From: a virus
Taxonomy: Duplodnaviria; Caudoviricetes
Virus record (IMG/VR): IMGVR_UViG_3300027845_000349
Coordinates: 1-64,000 of that record
DNA: 64,000 bases
Reading direction: 5' to 3' (one strand)
Positions within the stretch are counted from its first letter, which is position 1. Every line of letters begins with the position of its first letter. Positions 18,777 through 29,577 of this stretch are shown here, piece after piece. Under the pieces are notes generated by a model. That model made no database searches. It worked only from the letters and a program-made list of their open reading frames with translations, and had not been told where the DNA came from. Position numbers and translations under genes: made by a program.

Positions 18777-19522
18777 GAAAAATGATAATTAATAAGAAAC
18801 CGGCTGCAGTAAAGCAAACAAATGCTGTATCTTCTCTTTATCATACATCTCTTTCAATTACCTACGGGACTGTAGAAAGTAATAATACCGATTCAACTTG
18901 CAATATTTTATCTGTGAAAGGATTTTTAGTAGAAAATGTTAGACTTCTATCAACTGTTTTTCCCTCAAAAGATCCAACAATAGGAGGGGTTAAATACCCT
19001 CCTATAGGAGCTCAAGTAATAATTTTATATCCTGATAAGGATTTAAATTCTGGATTTATAATTCCCGGAGGTCTTGATTTTAGAAATGATACAGTAACAT
19101 CAGACCTTTTAGATCAGGGAGACAAAGAACTTCTTCAGGGTGGATGGGAAACAACATTCGATCCTGAACTTGGAATTAAAACATTTATAAATGGAACTTT
19201 TGAACTTGTGGTTGACCCTAATGCTGAAATATTTTCTTTAACAGATTTTAAAGGAAATACATTTAAGAATAATGATACAGTATGGGAAATAAATGGTAAT
19301 GCTGATTTTGCTGTAAGGTTTGGAGCATTGGAGACCGCATATAATCAATTAAAATCTGATTTCGATACATTTGTTACAACATATAATTCTCATATTCATA
19401 TAACTACTGCAACTGTTGGACCAACGGCTGTACCTGGAGTCATTTCTCCTACAGTATCTACAGGATCTCCATCAACTGGAGATATATCTGGTGCAAAAGT
19501 TGATAATATAAAGGTTTCGTAA
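18773..19522 (+). CDS. Baseplate central spike (gpV/gp5-like)
   Basis: N-terminal OB-fold-like YPPIGAQVIIL and C-terminal HIH metal-binding motif. Confidence 0.75.
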   Translation: MRKMIINKKPAAVKQTNAVSSLYHTSLSITYGTVESNNTDSTCNILSVKGFLVENVRLLSTVFPSKDPTIGGVKYPPIGAQVIILYPDKDLNSGFIIPGGLDFRNDTVTSDLLDQGDKELLQGGWETTFDPELGIKTFINGTFELVVDPNAEIFSLTDFKGNTFKNNDTVWEINGNADFAVRFGALETAYNQLKSDFDTFVTTYNSHIHITTATVGPTAVPGVISPTVSTGSPSTGDISGAKVDNIKVS

Positions 19523-19531
19523 GGAGTATTA

Positions 19532-21220
19532 ATGGCATTTCCTGATTTATATAAAAAGTCAATATTCTTTGAAATAATATCTCTAGATACTAAAGGTAGT
19601 CCTCAAACTATATTAGAATCTATGGCATTAACGCTTCCCCCTTCTAGTATAGAAATAGTTCAAACTCAGAGACAAACAGCAACTCCAACTCCAGGAGGAT
19701 TTTTTGTTGATAATTATGGTCTTGGTAGTGCTAAAATAACTATAAGCGGAGAAACCGGTAACGATGAAGCTAGATTAACTATTTTAGGAGCTGGAAAGAC
19801 TCCAAGATCTTTAACAGGCCAAGAAGTATATTTTGAATTTAGAGATAGAATAGCAAGATATTCACTTAATAATGAAAATTATACTATGAGGTTTTACGAT
19901 TTAACCCATAAAGGAAATATAAATTTATTCCAGAGAACTGTAACCGATAGAGTTTCAAGATATACGGAAGCCTGGGAAGTAGTTTTAGATGAATCAGCTC
20001 TCAGGAGAACTTCAGCAAAACCATTTTTCTATCCTTATTCAATAAATCTTACCGGGTTACGACCATTAGGAACATTTAACCCTAGAAAAGCAGATACAGC
20101 TCTTGGATTTATTAGTGATATTAGAGATCTTATTGATACTGTAACTGTGGCAGTAGGAAGTTTCACATCAGAAGTACAATTATTCTTAGATACAAATTTT
20201 GAATATTTAAACGAAATAACAGGGATCTTTTCTTCTGTTACTGCTTTTACGGCACAAATTACAAGTTTCCAAGATTCAATAATTGAATATGAACAAAAAT
20301 TAGGTGGATTATTCGGAGAAGTATTATCAGAGACAGAAGCTACATTGACTGCCGGATTTCAGATTATTTCCTTTCCTTATGATTCCCTTGATACAGCAAG
20401 AGAACAATTACTTGACATAAGATCTCAAACAGAAAGTCTTTTAGTTAATATTCAAGCAGACGGTAAAGCCGTTCTGGATAAATATAATTGGAATGTAACC
20501 TCGGACCCTGCTTCAGAAATAAGCCAATTGACTACAGATATAGAAGAACCATTTAATAGTATAATGCTTACAGCAAAACAAGATTCCTCTTATGAACCTG
20601 TTGGTGCTATATCAGTAAACGGAGTTGTAACAGAAGTTTATGGATTTTCAACTTTTATTGTACAGGAAAATACCAGATTAGATAAATTGGCAAGAGATCT
20701 TTATGGAGACCCGGATTTTAAAGATATAATATCCGGAATAAATAATATTTATTCAAACGATGAACTTGAGGTTGCTACTATTTTAAGAGTTCCTTTATTA
20801 CAGCCTAATGTTAGATATTCAAATAATGCTGTATATAATATTCCTGATGAGAGAGATGATATTATAGGCCGTGATGCATCCATTAATGAATCTGGGATAT
20901 TTGTTGTAAATTCAGGAGATTATTCTTTTGTTTCAAATGATGATAATATGCTTCAATCAGTCGCTTTTAAATTAAATGAGAAAAAAGGAAGACAAATAAG
21001 AGATGGATCTTATGGAATAGTAGCCCAGATAGGTTCAGCTTTAAGTGGTGATTCTCCTTTTGAATATTTAAGTGTTTCTCTTTCTGAGACTCTTATCCAG
21101 GACCCAAGAATCACTTCTGTTTATGGATTGAATTTTTTAGGAGATGGTGATAAAATTTACCAGGAATTTAAATTTGATACAATTACTAAACCGGCAATAG
21201 TGTATAAGGAAGGAATATGA
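19532..21220 (+). CDS. Fused tail-tube initiator / LysM-like / gp25-like baseplate protein
   Basis: N-terminal LPPSSIE..QTQR..TPGG...ITISG; central TRLDKLARDLYGD...LRVP (LysM-like); C-terminal GQIRDGSYG...QDPRI (gp25/W-like). Confidence 0.6.
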   Translation: MAFPDLYKKSIFFEIISLDTKGSPQTILESMALTLPPSSIEIVQTQRQTATPTPGGFFVDNYGLGSAKITISGETGNDEARLTILGAGKTPRSLTGQEVYFEFRDRIARYSLNNENYTMRFYDLTHKGNINLFQRTVTDRVSRYTEAWEVVLDESALRRTSAKPFFYPYSINLTGLRPLGTFNPRKADTALGFISDIRDLIDTVTVAVGSFTSEVQLFLDTNFEYLNEITGIFSSVTAFTAQITSFQDSIIEYEQKLGGLFGEVLSETEATLTAGFQIISFPYDSLDTAREQLLDIRSQTESLLVNIQADGKAVLDKYNWNVTSDPASEISQLTTDIEEPFNSIMLTAKQDSSYEPVGAISVNGVVTEVYGFSTFIVQENTRLDKLARDLYGDPDFKDIISGINNIYSNDELEVATILRVPLLQPNVRYSNNAVYNIPDERDDIIGRDASINESGIFVVNSGDYSFVSNDDNMLQSVAFKLNEKKGRQIRDGSYGIVAQIGSALSGDSPFEYLSVSLSETLIQDPRITSVYGLNFLGDGDKIYQEFKFDTITKPAIVYKEGI

Positions 21221-22311
21221 GTTTAACGATAATAACTCAAAGAGAGTTCTATGAGAGTATGAAAGCATACCTCATTGCAAATCAGACTAAAATAACCGAC
21301 CTTAATTCTGGTTCTGCTTTAGATACCCAGTTAAATGCAATGGCAACTCAGTTAAATCAGTCTATGACAAAAGCATCCGGTGGATTTAAATCTCAATTTG
21401 AGCAAATAGCTTATAATGTTTTTGATTTTCAAAGAAAAGATGAATCATTTTCTTCTGGAACTGTTGTTTTTTCAAGACAAAATGCAGATCTTGTTCAAAT
21501 TGATATTCCAATAGGAACAATAGTTAGTACCACAACAGGGATAACTTATACAACTCAGAATCAAGTTTCTATACTTTCAGGTGCTACAGATTCCTCTGCT
21601 GCAAATATTACCGCAGATGAAGCAGGTGTAACTTCAAATGTTCTAGTTGGAGAAATAAGTGTTATTAATTCATCTGTAGATGGAATAAATTCTGTAACAA
21701 ACAATACTGCTACTTCAGGTGGAGCAGACGTAGAAAGTAATTCTGAATATTTTACAAGATTTACAAATTATATTTTAGGACTTGCTGGATCTAATGGAAA
21801 CGGAGTTCTAACAGCAGCTACTACCGTTGCCACTATAATATCAGGGTTTGTAGAAGACCATTTCCCTCCAGAGTCTGGATTGTATAATTTTACAATATAT
21901 GTTGACGATGGATCTGGAAGTGTACCACAGGATACGCTAGATGAAATAGAATTAAAATTAAGAGGTAATAATACTTCTGATTATCCCGGATATGTTGCAG
22001 CAGGTATAAACTTTAGAGTAATGTCTGCCGGATTAGTGCCTATTGCAGTAGAATACACAGCTCAGATTGATCCTCTTAATACAAATGCAATTGATATAAA
22101 ACCAATATTGGAGACCGTAATTAAGAATTATGTAGATAATTTATGGGTTGGAAAATCTGTAATAAGAGCAGAATTGATACGATTAGTTCAAGGAACAGGA
22201 GGAGTAGTAAATGTTACAGTGATGGACTTAAATGGATCTGATACAGATGTTATTATAACATCTTCACAGGTTGCCCGGGTTAGCACTATAACACCTACGA
22301 TAACTACATGA
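21217..22311 (+). CDS. Baseplate wedge J-like protein
   Basis: GTVVFSR, A.EAG..SNV, GGADVESNSEYFTRF motifs. Confidence 0.88.
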   Translation: MSLTIITQREFYESMKAYLIANQTKITDLNSGSALDTQLNAMATQLNQSMTKASGGFKSQFEQIAYNVFDFQRKDESFSSGTVVFSRQNADLVQIDIPIGTIVSTTTGITYTTQNQVSILSGATDSSAANITADEAGVTSNVLVGEISVINSSVDGINSVTNNTATSGGADVESNSEYFTRFTNYILGLAGSNGNGVLTAATTVATIISGFVEDHFPPESGLYNFTIYVDDGSGSVPQDTLDEIELKLRGNNTSDYPGYVAAGINFRVMSAGLVPIAVEYTAQIDPLNTNAIDIKPILETVIKNYVDNLWVGKSVIRAELIRLVQGTGGVVNVTVMDLNGSDTDVIITSSQVARVSTITPTITT

Positions 22312-23498
22312 GTCAAATATCTGAAATAAACGATCAAATTATAGAGTATATTCTCAAAACTGATGAATTTTATGAAGCTTTATGGGGAAAAGAAGATTTT
22401 GTACCAGAATCAACAATAACAGAGCCAAATGATTTTAATTGTGGTGCTATCGCTAATGCTTTGGAATATGTTTATCAATTTATAGAAGAAATTACAGAAC
22501 CTGATATTAGCCTATTAGATGATCCTTATCTTGATATTGTTGTTTTCTTTTTTACAGGATTAACCAGATTTTTTGGGGAATCAAATGTTGATCTTATAAC
22601 GAGAATGTCTTCCCTTTTAGTTAGAGAAGACATCTGGAGATCAGAAAAACTTGGAACTCCATGGGATATAATAAATGTTTTATCATATTATTTGCCTAGA
22701 GAGTTTATGTATTACATCCCTAATACAGTATTAACAGACCTTATGGTAAATGGAAATTTTGAAGTGCCAATAGGTGCAGAATGGACAATTTTACCAGCAA
22801 CAGAAGATCGTACTGATAGAAATGCTTTTTCAGGAGATTATAAAATTTCATTTACAACAATAGATAGTATTTCTCAGACAATATCGGTAACAGCAGGATC
22901 ATTCATATTAAATAGTTTTGCCAGACCAGCATTTACATTTACTGGAGATACTGCAGATCTGTTTAATTTACAAATACAAAGAGATTCAGATAGTTTTTAT
23001 TATGATGTAGATGCAGAAACATGGGGAGCTTCTATTGTTGATAATACCTATACAACAGAATCCCAAGATTATGCATTAGCAGAATTCTTTATAATAGTTG
23101 ATGGATCATATGATATAACATTAACCTTTACAAAAATTATCGATTCTTTTATTGACAGAATAGAATTCGGAGAAAAATTATATCCTGCTTTCCAGATTTT
23201 ATATATAGATATTGGAGGCCTTGAAGGATTTGGTTCTCTTTGGGATACTGCAGAAACAAACTATGATGACGCATCATACTTAGATCAGGATTATATGTTT
23301 GATACAGCAACAAGTAGTTATTCTGATACATATTATCAATCATTAATTGATATAACAAAAGCTGCAGGTGTATTAGGGGAGTTTATTTCTGAAATAAGGG
23401 CAGTTGATCCAGATATTATAACAGGAGTATTGGCAACAAGTGACGGATTACAAGTTGTAACAAGTGATAGTCTTAACATAGAAGTTAATACTTTATAG
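22308..23498 (+). CDS. Baseplate I-like / tail protein with carbohydrate-binding-like insert
   Basis: Follows J; GTPWDI motif, NGNFE segment, ends with the ITKAAGV pattern. Confidence 0.55.
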   Translation: MSQISEINDQIIEYILKTDEFYEALWGKEDFVPESTITEPNDFNCGAIANALEYVYQFIEEITEPDISLLDDPYLDIVVFFFTGLTRFFGESNVDLITRMSSLLVREDIWRSEKLGTPWDIINVLSYYLPREFMYYIPNTVLTDLMVNGNFEVPIGAEWTILPATEDRTDRNAFSGDYKISFTTIDSISQTISVTAGSFILNSFARPAFTFTGDTADLFNLQIQRDSDSFYYDVDAETWGASIVDNTYTTESQDYALAEFFIIVDGSYDITLTFTKIIDSFIDRIEFGEKLYPAFQILYIDIGGLEGFGSLWDTAETNYDDASYLDQDYMFDTATSSYSDTYYQSLIDITKAAGVLGEFISEIRAVDPDIITGVLATSDGLQVVTSDSLNIEVNTL

Positions 23499-23507
23499 GA
23501 GATAATT

Positions 23508-24197
23508 ATGTCAGATATAGTAATTAGTAGTTTAGAAGACAATGAAGCACTTGCTGATGGGCAATACTTAATAATAGAACAACCTACAGCAGGAGGAGAC
23601 AGGCTTGAAAAAAAGCTAAATATTAATGATGTAATACCGGAGCCAATTATTTACGATATTTCTTCAGCTAATCAAAATCCTATACTTCCAGAAGTAAACG
23701 GATCGCTACAGGAAGTATTAATATTTTGGAGTGGTGGAGATGGAACATATACTTTGACTTTGGGTGTTACCAGTGGTGAGACAGTTGGAGGAATAACCGC
23801 AAGCACTTGGACTGGTGAAGGTGAAGGGTTAATTGGGGTTGTTTCTGACGGTACAAATTGGAATGTTGTAAATTATTATGATTCAGGTGAATTCAGTAGT
23901 ATAAGATGGATTAAAGAAATAAATGGAGATCTATTTTTTTCTGGAAGAGACTCAATATCACCTGCTGCTGTAAGTGAAATTTCTGCAAGTATAACATTAC
24001 CCATAACAATGAATGATTATACTGTTTTAATCGGTACAGCTACTCTAGAGGCTCTTGTAAACAGTGTACCTTGGTTTTTGTATATATCAATAGGAACTTC
24101 ATCAACAGGAGCAACATTTAGTTTTGCTGATAGAGATGGCACAGCAAGAACAGATACAGTTGATTTCAATTGGAGCATACAACAAAAATGGAGATAA
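23508..24197 (+). CDS. Tail fibre-associated protein
   Basis: DGTNWNVV and gp53-like C-terminal beta region; position. Confidence 0.55.
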   Translation: MSDIVISSLEDNEALADGQYLIIEQPTAGGDRLEKKLNINDVIPEPIIYDISSANQNPILPEVNGSLQEVLIFWSGGDGTYTLTLGVTSGETVGGITASTWTGEGEGLIGVVSDGTNWNVVNYYDSGEFSSIRWIKEINGDLFFSGRDSISPAAVSEISASITLPITMNDYTVLIGTATLEALVNSVPWFLYISIGTSSTGATFSFADRDGTARTDTVDFNWSIQQKWR

Positions 24198-24216
24198 CAA
24201 TTAATAGGAGATTAAA

Positions 24217-25845
24217 ATGAGTTTATTTAGATCAAGATTTGAAGGCAATGAAATAATATTAACTGATGATCAGAATAATAATGGAGATCTTCTTGTTACA
24301 AACTTTGATGAACTATCAAACATAATAGGAGATACAACAATAATTACCGGTATGGATGTAACACAAACTCTTACTCCATCCATGGGAGTAGCTATTTCTG
24401 CAGGAGTAACAAGAGATGGAACTCTATCACAAATGTTATCAGGACCTGATTTTGCAAATGTAACAATAACTGCTTCAGATCCTATTCTTGATCGTTATGA
24501 TATTATTGAAATAAGAAGACTTGAAGATCCAATAACTCCAGAGACAAGGCAGTTTAAAAATCCTACAACAGGAGCAATTACATCATCTTTAATTGATACA
24601 GAAGTAGAGTATACAATCGAAGTAAATGTTCTAGCTGGAACACCTGGAGGGATAGCTCCGTCTACAACTTCAGGATATGTTAAAATAGCTGAAATTCTTG
24701 TTCCTAATGCAGCAATAACAATAGTAAACGCAGATATATTTAATGTTGATGCTATAAAAGAAGGGGTATCAAATACAGGATGGACTGCAGATCAACAGTC
24801 AATATATCGTAATGGAACAATAAGTGAAATGAAAACACTTATTGTTGAAAACGAAGAATTGATAGATGATATTATACAGGGTACTCAACATTTAGTTTCT
24901 GTTAATACGGATACAATAAATGAATCAACGACTGGTGCAGGAGTTACAGTTGATAGTGTATTACTTAAAGATGAGAATGTTTCATGTAAATATATTAATT
25001 TAAAAGATCCAAATGAATTTTCTTTAGAGGGTTCTGGTCTATCTATTTCTGGAATAGGTATTCCTGCATTAGCTGCATTAAATTCTACAGATGTAGCTTT
25101 TGTAGATACTTCTAATGATGATCTTAGAACTTATAGATTTGATGGTTCAATTTGGTCTTTATTAGGTTCTGAATTATCTATTTCTGGTATATCTAGTCCT
25201 GCATTAACTAGATTAAATTCTACAGATATAGCTTTTGTAGATGGTGGTTTTGGTCAATTAAGAACTTATAGATTTGATGGTTCAACTTGGTCTTTAGTAG
25301 GTTCTGGTTTAGCTATTACAATAGTTTCTCCTACAATATCTGCATTAAGTTCTACAGATATAGCTCTTATAGATACTAACAATGATGAATTAAGAACTTA
25401 TAGATTTGATGGTTCAACTTGGTCTTTAGTAGGTTCTGGTTTAGCTATTACAGTGGCCGATCCTGCATTAACTGCATTATCTGCACTAACTGTGGCTCTT
25501 ATAGATAGTAATAATAATTCATTAAGAACTTATAGATTTGATGGTTCAACTTGGGCTTTAATAGGTTCTGGTTTATCTATTACAGTAGCTAGTCCAACAA
25601 TATCTACATTAAGTTCTACAGATATAGCTCTTATAGATACTAACAATGATGAATTAAGAACTTATAGATTTGATGGTTCAACTTGGGCTTTAATAGGTTC
25701 TGGTTTATCTATTCCTAGTATAGCCGATCCTACAATATCTGCATTAAGTTCTACAAATATATCTTTTATAGATAGTAATTCTGGACAATTAAGAAACTAT
25801 AATTTATCTTTTGTAGATTTTCCACCTTCAGCAGCATTTGGTTAA
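24217..25845 (+). CDS. Tail fibre / receptor-binding protein with C-terminal 44-45-aa repeats
   Basis: N-terminal DPILDRYDII..IAEILVP fibre-attachment motif; six repeats of LRTYRFDGSTWSLVGSGL. Confidence 0.75.
   Translation: MSLFRSRFEGNEIILTDDQNNNGDLLVTNFDELSNIIGDTTIITGMDVTQTLTPSMGVAISAGVTRDGTLSQMLSGPDFANVTITASDPILDRYDIIEIRRLEDPITPETRQFKNPTTGAITSSLIDTEVEYTIEVNVLAGTPGGIAPSTTSGYVKIAEILVPNAAITIVNADIFNVDAIKEGVSNTGWTADQQSIYRNGTISEMKTLIVENEELIDDIIQGTQHLVSVNTDTINESTTGAGVTVDSVLLKDENVSCKYINLKDPNEFSLEGSGLSISGIGIPALAALNSTDVAFVDTSNDDLRTYRFDGSIWSLLGSELSISGISSPALTRLNSTDIAFVDGGFGQLRTYRFDGSTWSLVGSGLAITIVSPTISALSSTDIALIDTNNDELRTYRFDGSTWSLVGSGLAITVADPALTALSALTVALIDSNNNSLRTYRFDGSTWALIGSGLSITVASPTISTLSSTDIALIDTNNDELRTYRFDGSTWALIGSGLSIPSIADPTISALSSTNISFIDSNSGQLRNYNLSFVDFPPSAAFG
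25020..25810 (+). repeat. Six 132-135-bp tandem coding repeats
   Basis: AGAACTTATAGATTTGATGGTTCAA-type cores at 25126, 25261, 25393, 25525, 25657 and (degenerate) 25792. Confidence 0.92.
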
Positions 25846-25878
25846 TAAAAAAGTTATATATCTGTATTACAAGAGTTG

Positions 25879-26439
25879 TCAATTATTAAAAACCTCATCA
25901 AATTTATACAAATATCCTATTTTGGTATTTGTATAAATAAATGCATCTTGTGGATCTAACAAAACGCCGTCTAAGTGACATATTGCATGAGATGGAACCC
26001 CTCCCTCAATAACTGTTCTTTCATCCTTGTAGGTATCATCAAGTACTGCTATATCCCATTTTTCCCCTAAAACAAAATAAGCAGTATTAGAAAATAGTAT
26101 TGCAAAATCATCACAATCACCTTTACCTCTTTTTATTATATCTTCAGGTTCATTCCACTCATCAATAAAGTCATCTTCAAAATCAATAACAGAATTACAA
26201 TATTGAACTATCCATGAAGGTTTATAATACCTATATTCATACTTTTCAAAGAAATCTTCTTTTGAAAGTTTCTCATTATTTTTCCTATTATAAATATAGT
26301 CATCATAAATGTCTTTATTATCATATAAATCCATATCTGTAGCCTGGTTCTTTAAGTACAAATCAATTGCCGGATATACAATAGAATCACAGGATGTTAA
26401 AGATATTATTACAAGCCCCAAAAGTATTATTTTTTTCAT
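25879..26439 (-). CDS. Lipoprotein with transglutaminase-like (Cys-His-Asp) domain
   Basis: MKKIILLGLVIISLTSC lipobox; GDCDDFA, SHAICH and DPQ motifs; SD AAGGGG before ATG 26439. Confidence 0.75.
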   Translation of the reverse strand: MKKIILLGLVIISLTSCDSIVYPAIDLYLKNQATDMDLYDNKDIYDDYIYNRKNNEKLSKEDFFEKYEYRYYKPSWIVQYCNSVIDFEDDFIDEWNEPEDIIKRGKGDCDDFAILFSNTAYFVLGEKWDIAVLDDTYKDERTVIEGGVPSHAICHLDGVLLDPQDAFIYTNTKIGYLYKFDEVFNN

Positions 26440-26460
26440 ATATTCCCCTTTATGTCTTCT

Positions 26461-26488
26461 ATTATACATCCGTTTAGATAATTGTCAA
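26461..26488 (-). promoter_or_regulatory. sigma70-like promoter TTGACA-N16-TATAAT with extended -10 TG
   Basis: Perfect hexamers on the minus strand upstream of the lipoprotein gene. Confidence 0.8.
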
Positions 26489-26493
26489 GTATA

Positions 26494-27222
26494 TTATAAT
26501 ATCTCTAAAATTTCTTTCTCTTCTATAACAGGATCAAAATTAAGTTCTATTATTTCCGGTTCTGTTACTTGTACAATCTCTTCCGGAATTTCTTCATCCT
26601 CTTCTATCCCGGCCATGTCTTTAACAATCTGAACAGCAAGTGCAAGCCTGGCTCTCATCATATAAAAATCTTCTTTTGATACTTCAAAATCATGGATAGC
26701 CAGTCTTTTATTAACATCCAAGAATCTTGGATCATAAGAGATTATAGTACCTTTATTTATCCCGGTGAATAAACATTCTCCCTTACATTGCCATGGATAT
26801 TCGTTAAATAACTCTTCTGGATCAAGAAGGTATCTTAAGTGTTGTTTTGATTCTGGACATTTAACCTCAAGAGTACGTTCCATATTTCCTATTATCCGAT
26901 CAGGACTACTTCCAAGAAAATCACCATCTACAAATATTCCACATTCTCTAGCTACAACCATGAATCTATCTTCATATTCGGAGCAAGCAAAAGGCTCTTG
27001 TGTATTCCCCCATTCCATAGATCTTGATTGATACGAAGATTCTCTTTCTCCAGTCAGTATCTCAGCAGCAACCTTTCTTAGATATGATAGTTGTGTTTTA
27101 TTCCAATTATTAATACTTTGTTTGGCTGTAGGCATAAGATCATCAAAATGGGAACCTGTTATCCGGCCAGTTCTGATTTCAAACCAAACATCTGAACCTT
27201 GAATTACATCTATCTCCTTCAT
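26494..27222 (-). CDS. YqaJ / lambda-exonuclease family recombination nuclease
   Basis: QGSDVWFEIRTGRITGS, MEWGNTQEP, SSPDRII, LEVKCP. Confidence 0.92.
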   Translation of the reverse strand: MKEIDVIQGSDVWFEIRTGRITGSHFDDLMPTAKQSINNWNKTQLSYLRKVAAEILTGERESSYQSRSMEWGNTQEPFACSEYEDRFMVVARECGIFVDGDFLGSSPDRIIGNMERTLEVKCPESKQHLRYLLDPEELFNEYPWQCKGECLFTGINKGTIISYDPRFLDVNKRLAIHDFEVSKEDFYMMRARLALAVQIVKDMAGIEEDEEIPEEIVQVTEPEIIELNFDPVIEEKEILEIL

Positions 27223-27854
27223 TTCTTATCCTTCAGACCAATTTTTGCTTTTTCACAATCTTTAATTCTTTCTTCAGCTTGTTCTTTAGTTAATCCCTGG
27301 CCTATCTTTTTCTTAACCCAGTCTGAAGTTTGAGGACTTGAAACTTCAAAATCTTTGATATATCTGTTTAATATTTTCATCTGTTCAGGAGTTACCATTT
27401 CTTTTTCAACAAAAGACTCAATTCCTGAATAATCAGCACCATCGAATTTCCCCATAAATACATCTGCAGAAAATCCAAGTTTAGACAGACCTTTTGTTAA
27501 AGCATCTGTTGAAGCTTTCTTTGCATAATCTTTATTTTCTACATATCCATTCTTTGTTTTAGAATTTATTCTTGCATCTGAATTTATAGGGAATTCACCT
27601 TCTGGATAATAAAGAACCGCAGTATATATTATGGAAGCAACTGATTTATCACCGGTCATTATAGGTGTAAACTTTTCATCCTTAATACCCCATTTATTCC
27701 CAAGAGGTCCCCATTCAGTTGTTGCTTTAAGTATCTGATAATGTGCATCTATGGCCGTATATTTATAAGTTCCAATTTCTACACGCTTTGTATATTTAGG
27801 ATCAGTTTGTTCTACCTTTTCCCATAATTCAATATTCTTATTTTCTTCGCTCAT
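27219..27854 (-). CDS. Sak/Rad52-like single-strand annealing protein
   Basis: YTAIDAHYQI..WGPLG..WG and KKASTDALTKGLSKLGFSADVFMGKFD; adjacent to the exonuclease. Confidence 0.75.
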   Translation of the reverse strand: MSEENKNIELWEKVEQTDPKYTKRVEIGTYKYTAIDAHYQILKATTEWGPLGNKWGIKDEKFTPIMTGDKSVASIIYTAVLYYPEGEFPINSDARINSKTKNGYVENKDYAKKASTDALTKGLSKLGFSADVFMGKFDGADYSGIESFVEKEMVTPEQMKILNRYIKDFEVSSPQTSDWVKKKIGQGLTKEQAEERIKDCEKAKIGLKDKK

Positions 27855-29478
27855 TATTCCCCCTTCTTTAGATAGTTATTATATTTTATAGATCCAATTA
27901 TTATACAAAATAACCCTATAACAACAAATACCAAATCAATAAAATCATTATCTGGTTTATCTCTTATTAAGAAAGCTCCTAAAAGTAATACCAAATAATA
28001 AACAATATTTATTAATATATCTTTTAATGTATTTCTCATATATTATTCCTCCTGTTAATTTATATAGCCTACTATAACTATTTGTTACCAAGTCCTGAAA
28101 GATCAATACTACCAACAACTTTAAGAAAGCCATCTCTAATCTGATCAGTTCTATAAAATCTTAATTCCATACCATCTACGCCAAGACAATATATATTGTA
28201 CTTATCTGACCTAAGATACATCATTCTTTTATTTGGGTTTACATCTCCAGCAGATTCATTTTCAATAATATCTCCCATTTTAAAAGCATTCATTCTCTAC
28301 CACCTTAATATTTATTAGATACTACTTGTTTAAAATTTAAAAAACTCTTTTCTCATCCCATGTGGGAGGTCTAAAAATTTATCATCTCTTGAAGCTGGAA
28401 ATTGTTTAATAAAACTATTCAGTGACATAATATCTTTCTGTGGAAGTTTAACAAATCTTACATATTCCATTTTGCCACCAATACAGAACACAGCCCAACT
28501 ATCCCCATGAGGATGTACATCTACTCCCAACTGGAAATGATCAACTAAATTTTCAATATTCATTCTTGTTTGGCTTAAATCGCTAATGGTTTTATTAATG
28601 TTTTCTATATTCTCTTGAGGTAATTTACACGCTTTCACTTTTCTCTCAAGTTTTTGCATTCTTTCTTTCATTAAGAATATCGATGAATAATTTTGTCCAT
28701 GTAAATTATAGTTCTCCTTAACTCCAAGCCATTTTCTAAGTTTGCTTCTTAACCATTCTTTCATTTCTTACCACCTTAATTAAGATATTACCTATTTGTC
28801 TAATTGTCTTAAAAGGCGACTAAGCCCTCTACCGTCTTTTATTGAACTACCAGAAGCCCATCCAGAATATGGAAAATATAGAACAGACTTGCCATTGAAT
28901 ATAAAATCTATCCTTGTTTCATCATGGGATACTTCAAAACCCCTCTTTTCTAATTCTTTTACAGCTTTATCCATTCTTAACGGCTGAAGTTTATCTTCTC
29001 TTTCCTGATTTATCCTATTACTCATGATGCTCCACCTGAATAGGCTAATTTTACAATTCCTGATTTTTTAAATACTGCCAGAACTTCAAACAATTCAACA
29101 GCACAAGAATGATCTTCTCTATCAATAGCAATTATTTCACCTTTCTTGAGATCCGGGTTTAATTTTTTCTGAAGATCTCTTAAAATCTGTTTCGATTTTG
29201 GATTATTTATATCTTCTTTAATCCATGATGTTTCCCAGTCATAACCAAGTATATTTGCTTTCAATATACCCTCCCTAAGAAATACATATCTGATTAGATT
29301 GTCTTGGATTTATATTAATCCTAGAATTATCATCAGAATATTCTTTTGTTATTTCCATGAATCCTTCTTTATCTTCTCTAATAAAATAGACATAACCGTT
29401 ATTCATTTTAATCTCAAGACTTCGATTTACAATAATCTTTTTCTTGTTTGTTCCAACTTCTTTATTTAGAACTTCCAT
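27854..29478 (-). other. Leftward operon of small hypothetical CDSs (27854-28039 membrane, 28078-28293, 28330-28764, 28792-29025, 29022-29264, 29275-29478)
   Basis: ORF track; clear SD sites and close packing; no families recognised. Confidence 0.6.
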
Positions 29479-29504
29479 ATATCCCCCTATTCTTGATATT
29501 TCTA

Positions 29505-29533
29505 AGAATATATTAAATAAAACAAATAGTCAA
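29505..29533 (-). promoter_or_regulatory. Leftward promoter TTGACT-N17-TATTCT
   Basis: Minus-strand hexamers; divergent from the Rha promoter. Confidence 0.7.
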
Positions 29534-29541
29534 TAAAAACC

Positions 29542-29570
29542 TTGATAAGTTTTTACTACTGTGCGATAAT
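29542..29570 (+). promoter_or_regulatory. Rightward promoter TTGATA-N17-GATAAT with extended -10 TG
   Basis: The -10 ends 7 nt before the Rha ATG, suggesting a leaderless transcript. Confidence 0.65.
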
Positions 29571-29577
29571 ACTTTTC

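Noticed and set aside
25020-25810. Possible CRISPR array or DGR template/variable repeat pair
   Set aside because: The repeats are in-frame protein repeats, differences are not confined to adenines, and no reverse transcriptase was recognised in the window.
29505-29570. Lambda-type CI/Cro lysogeny switch
   Set aside because: Divergent promoters are present, but no repressor gene is adjacent and no integrase or att core is recognisable in the window.
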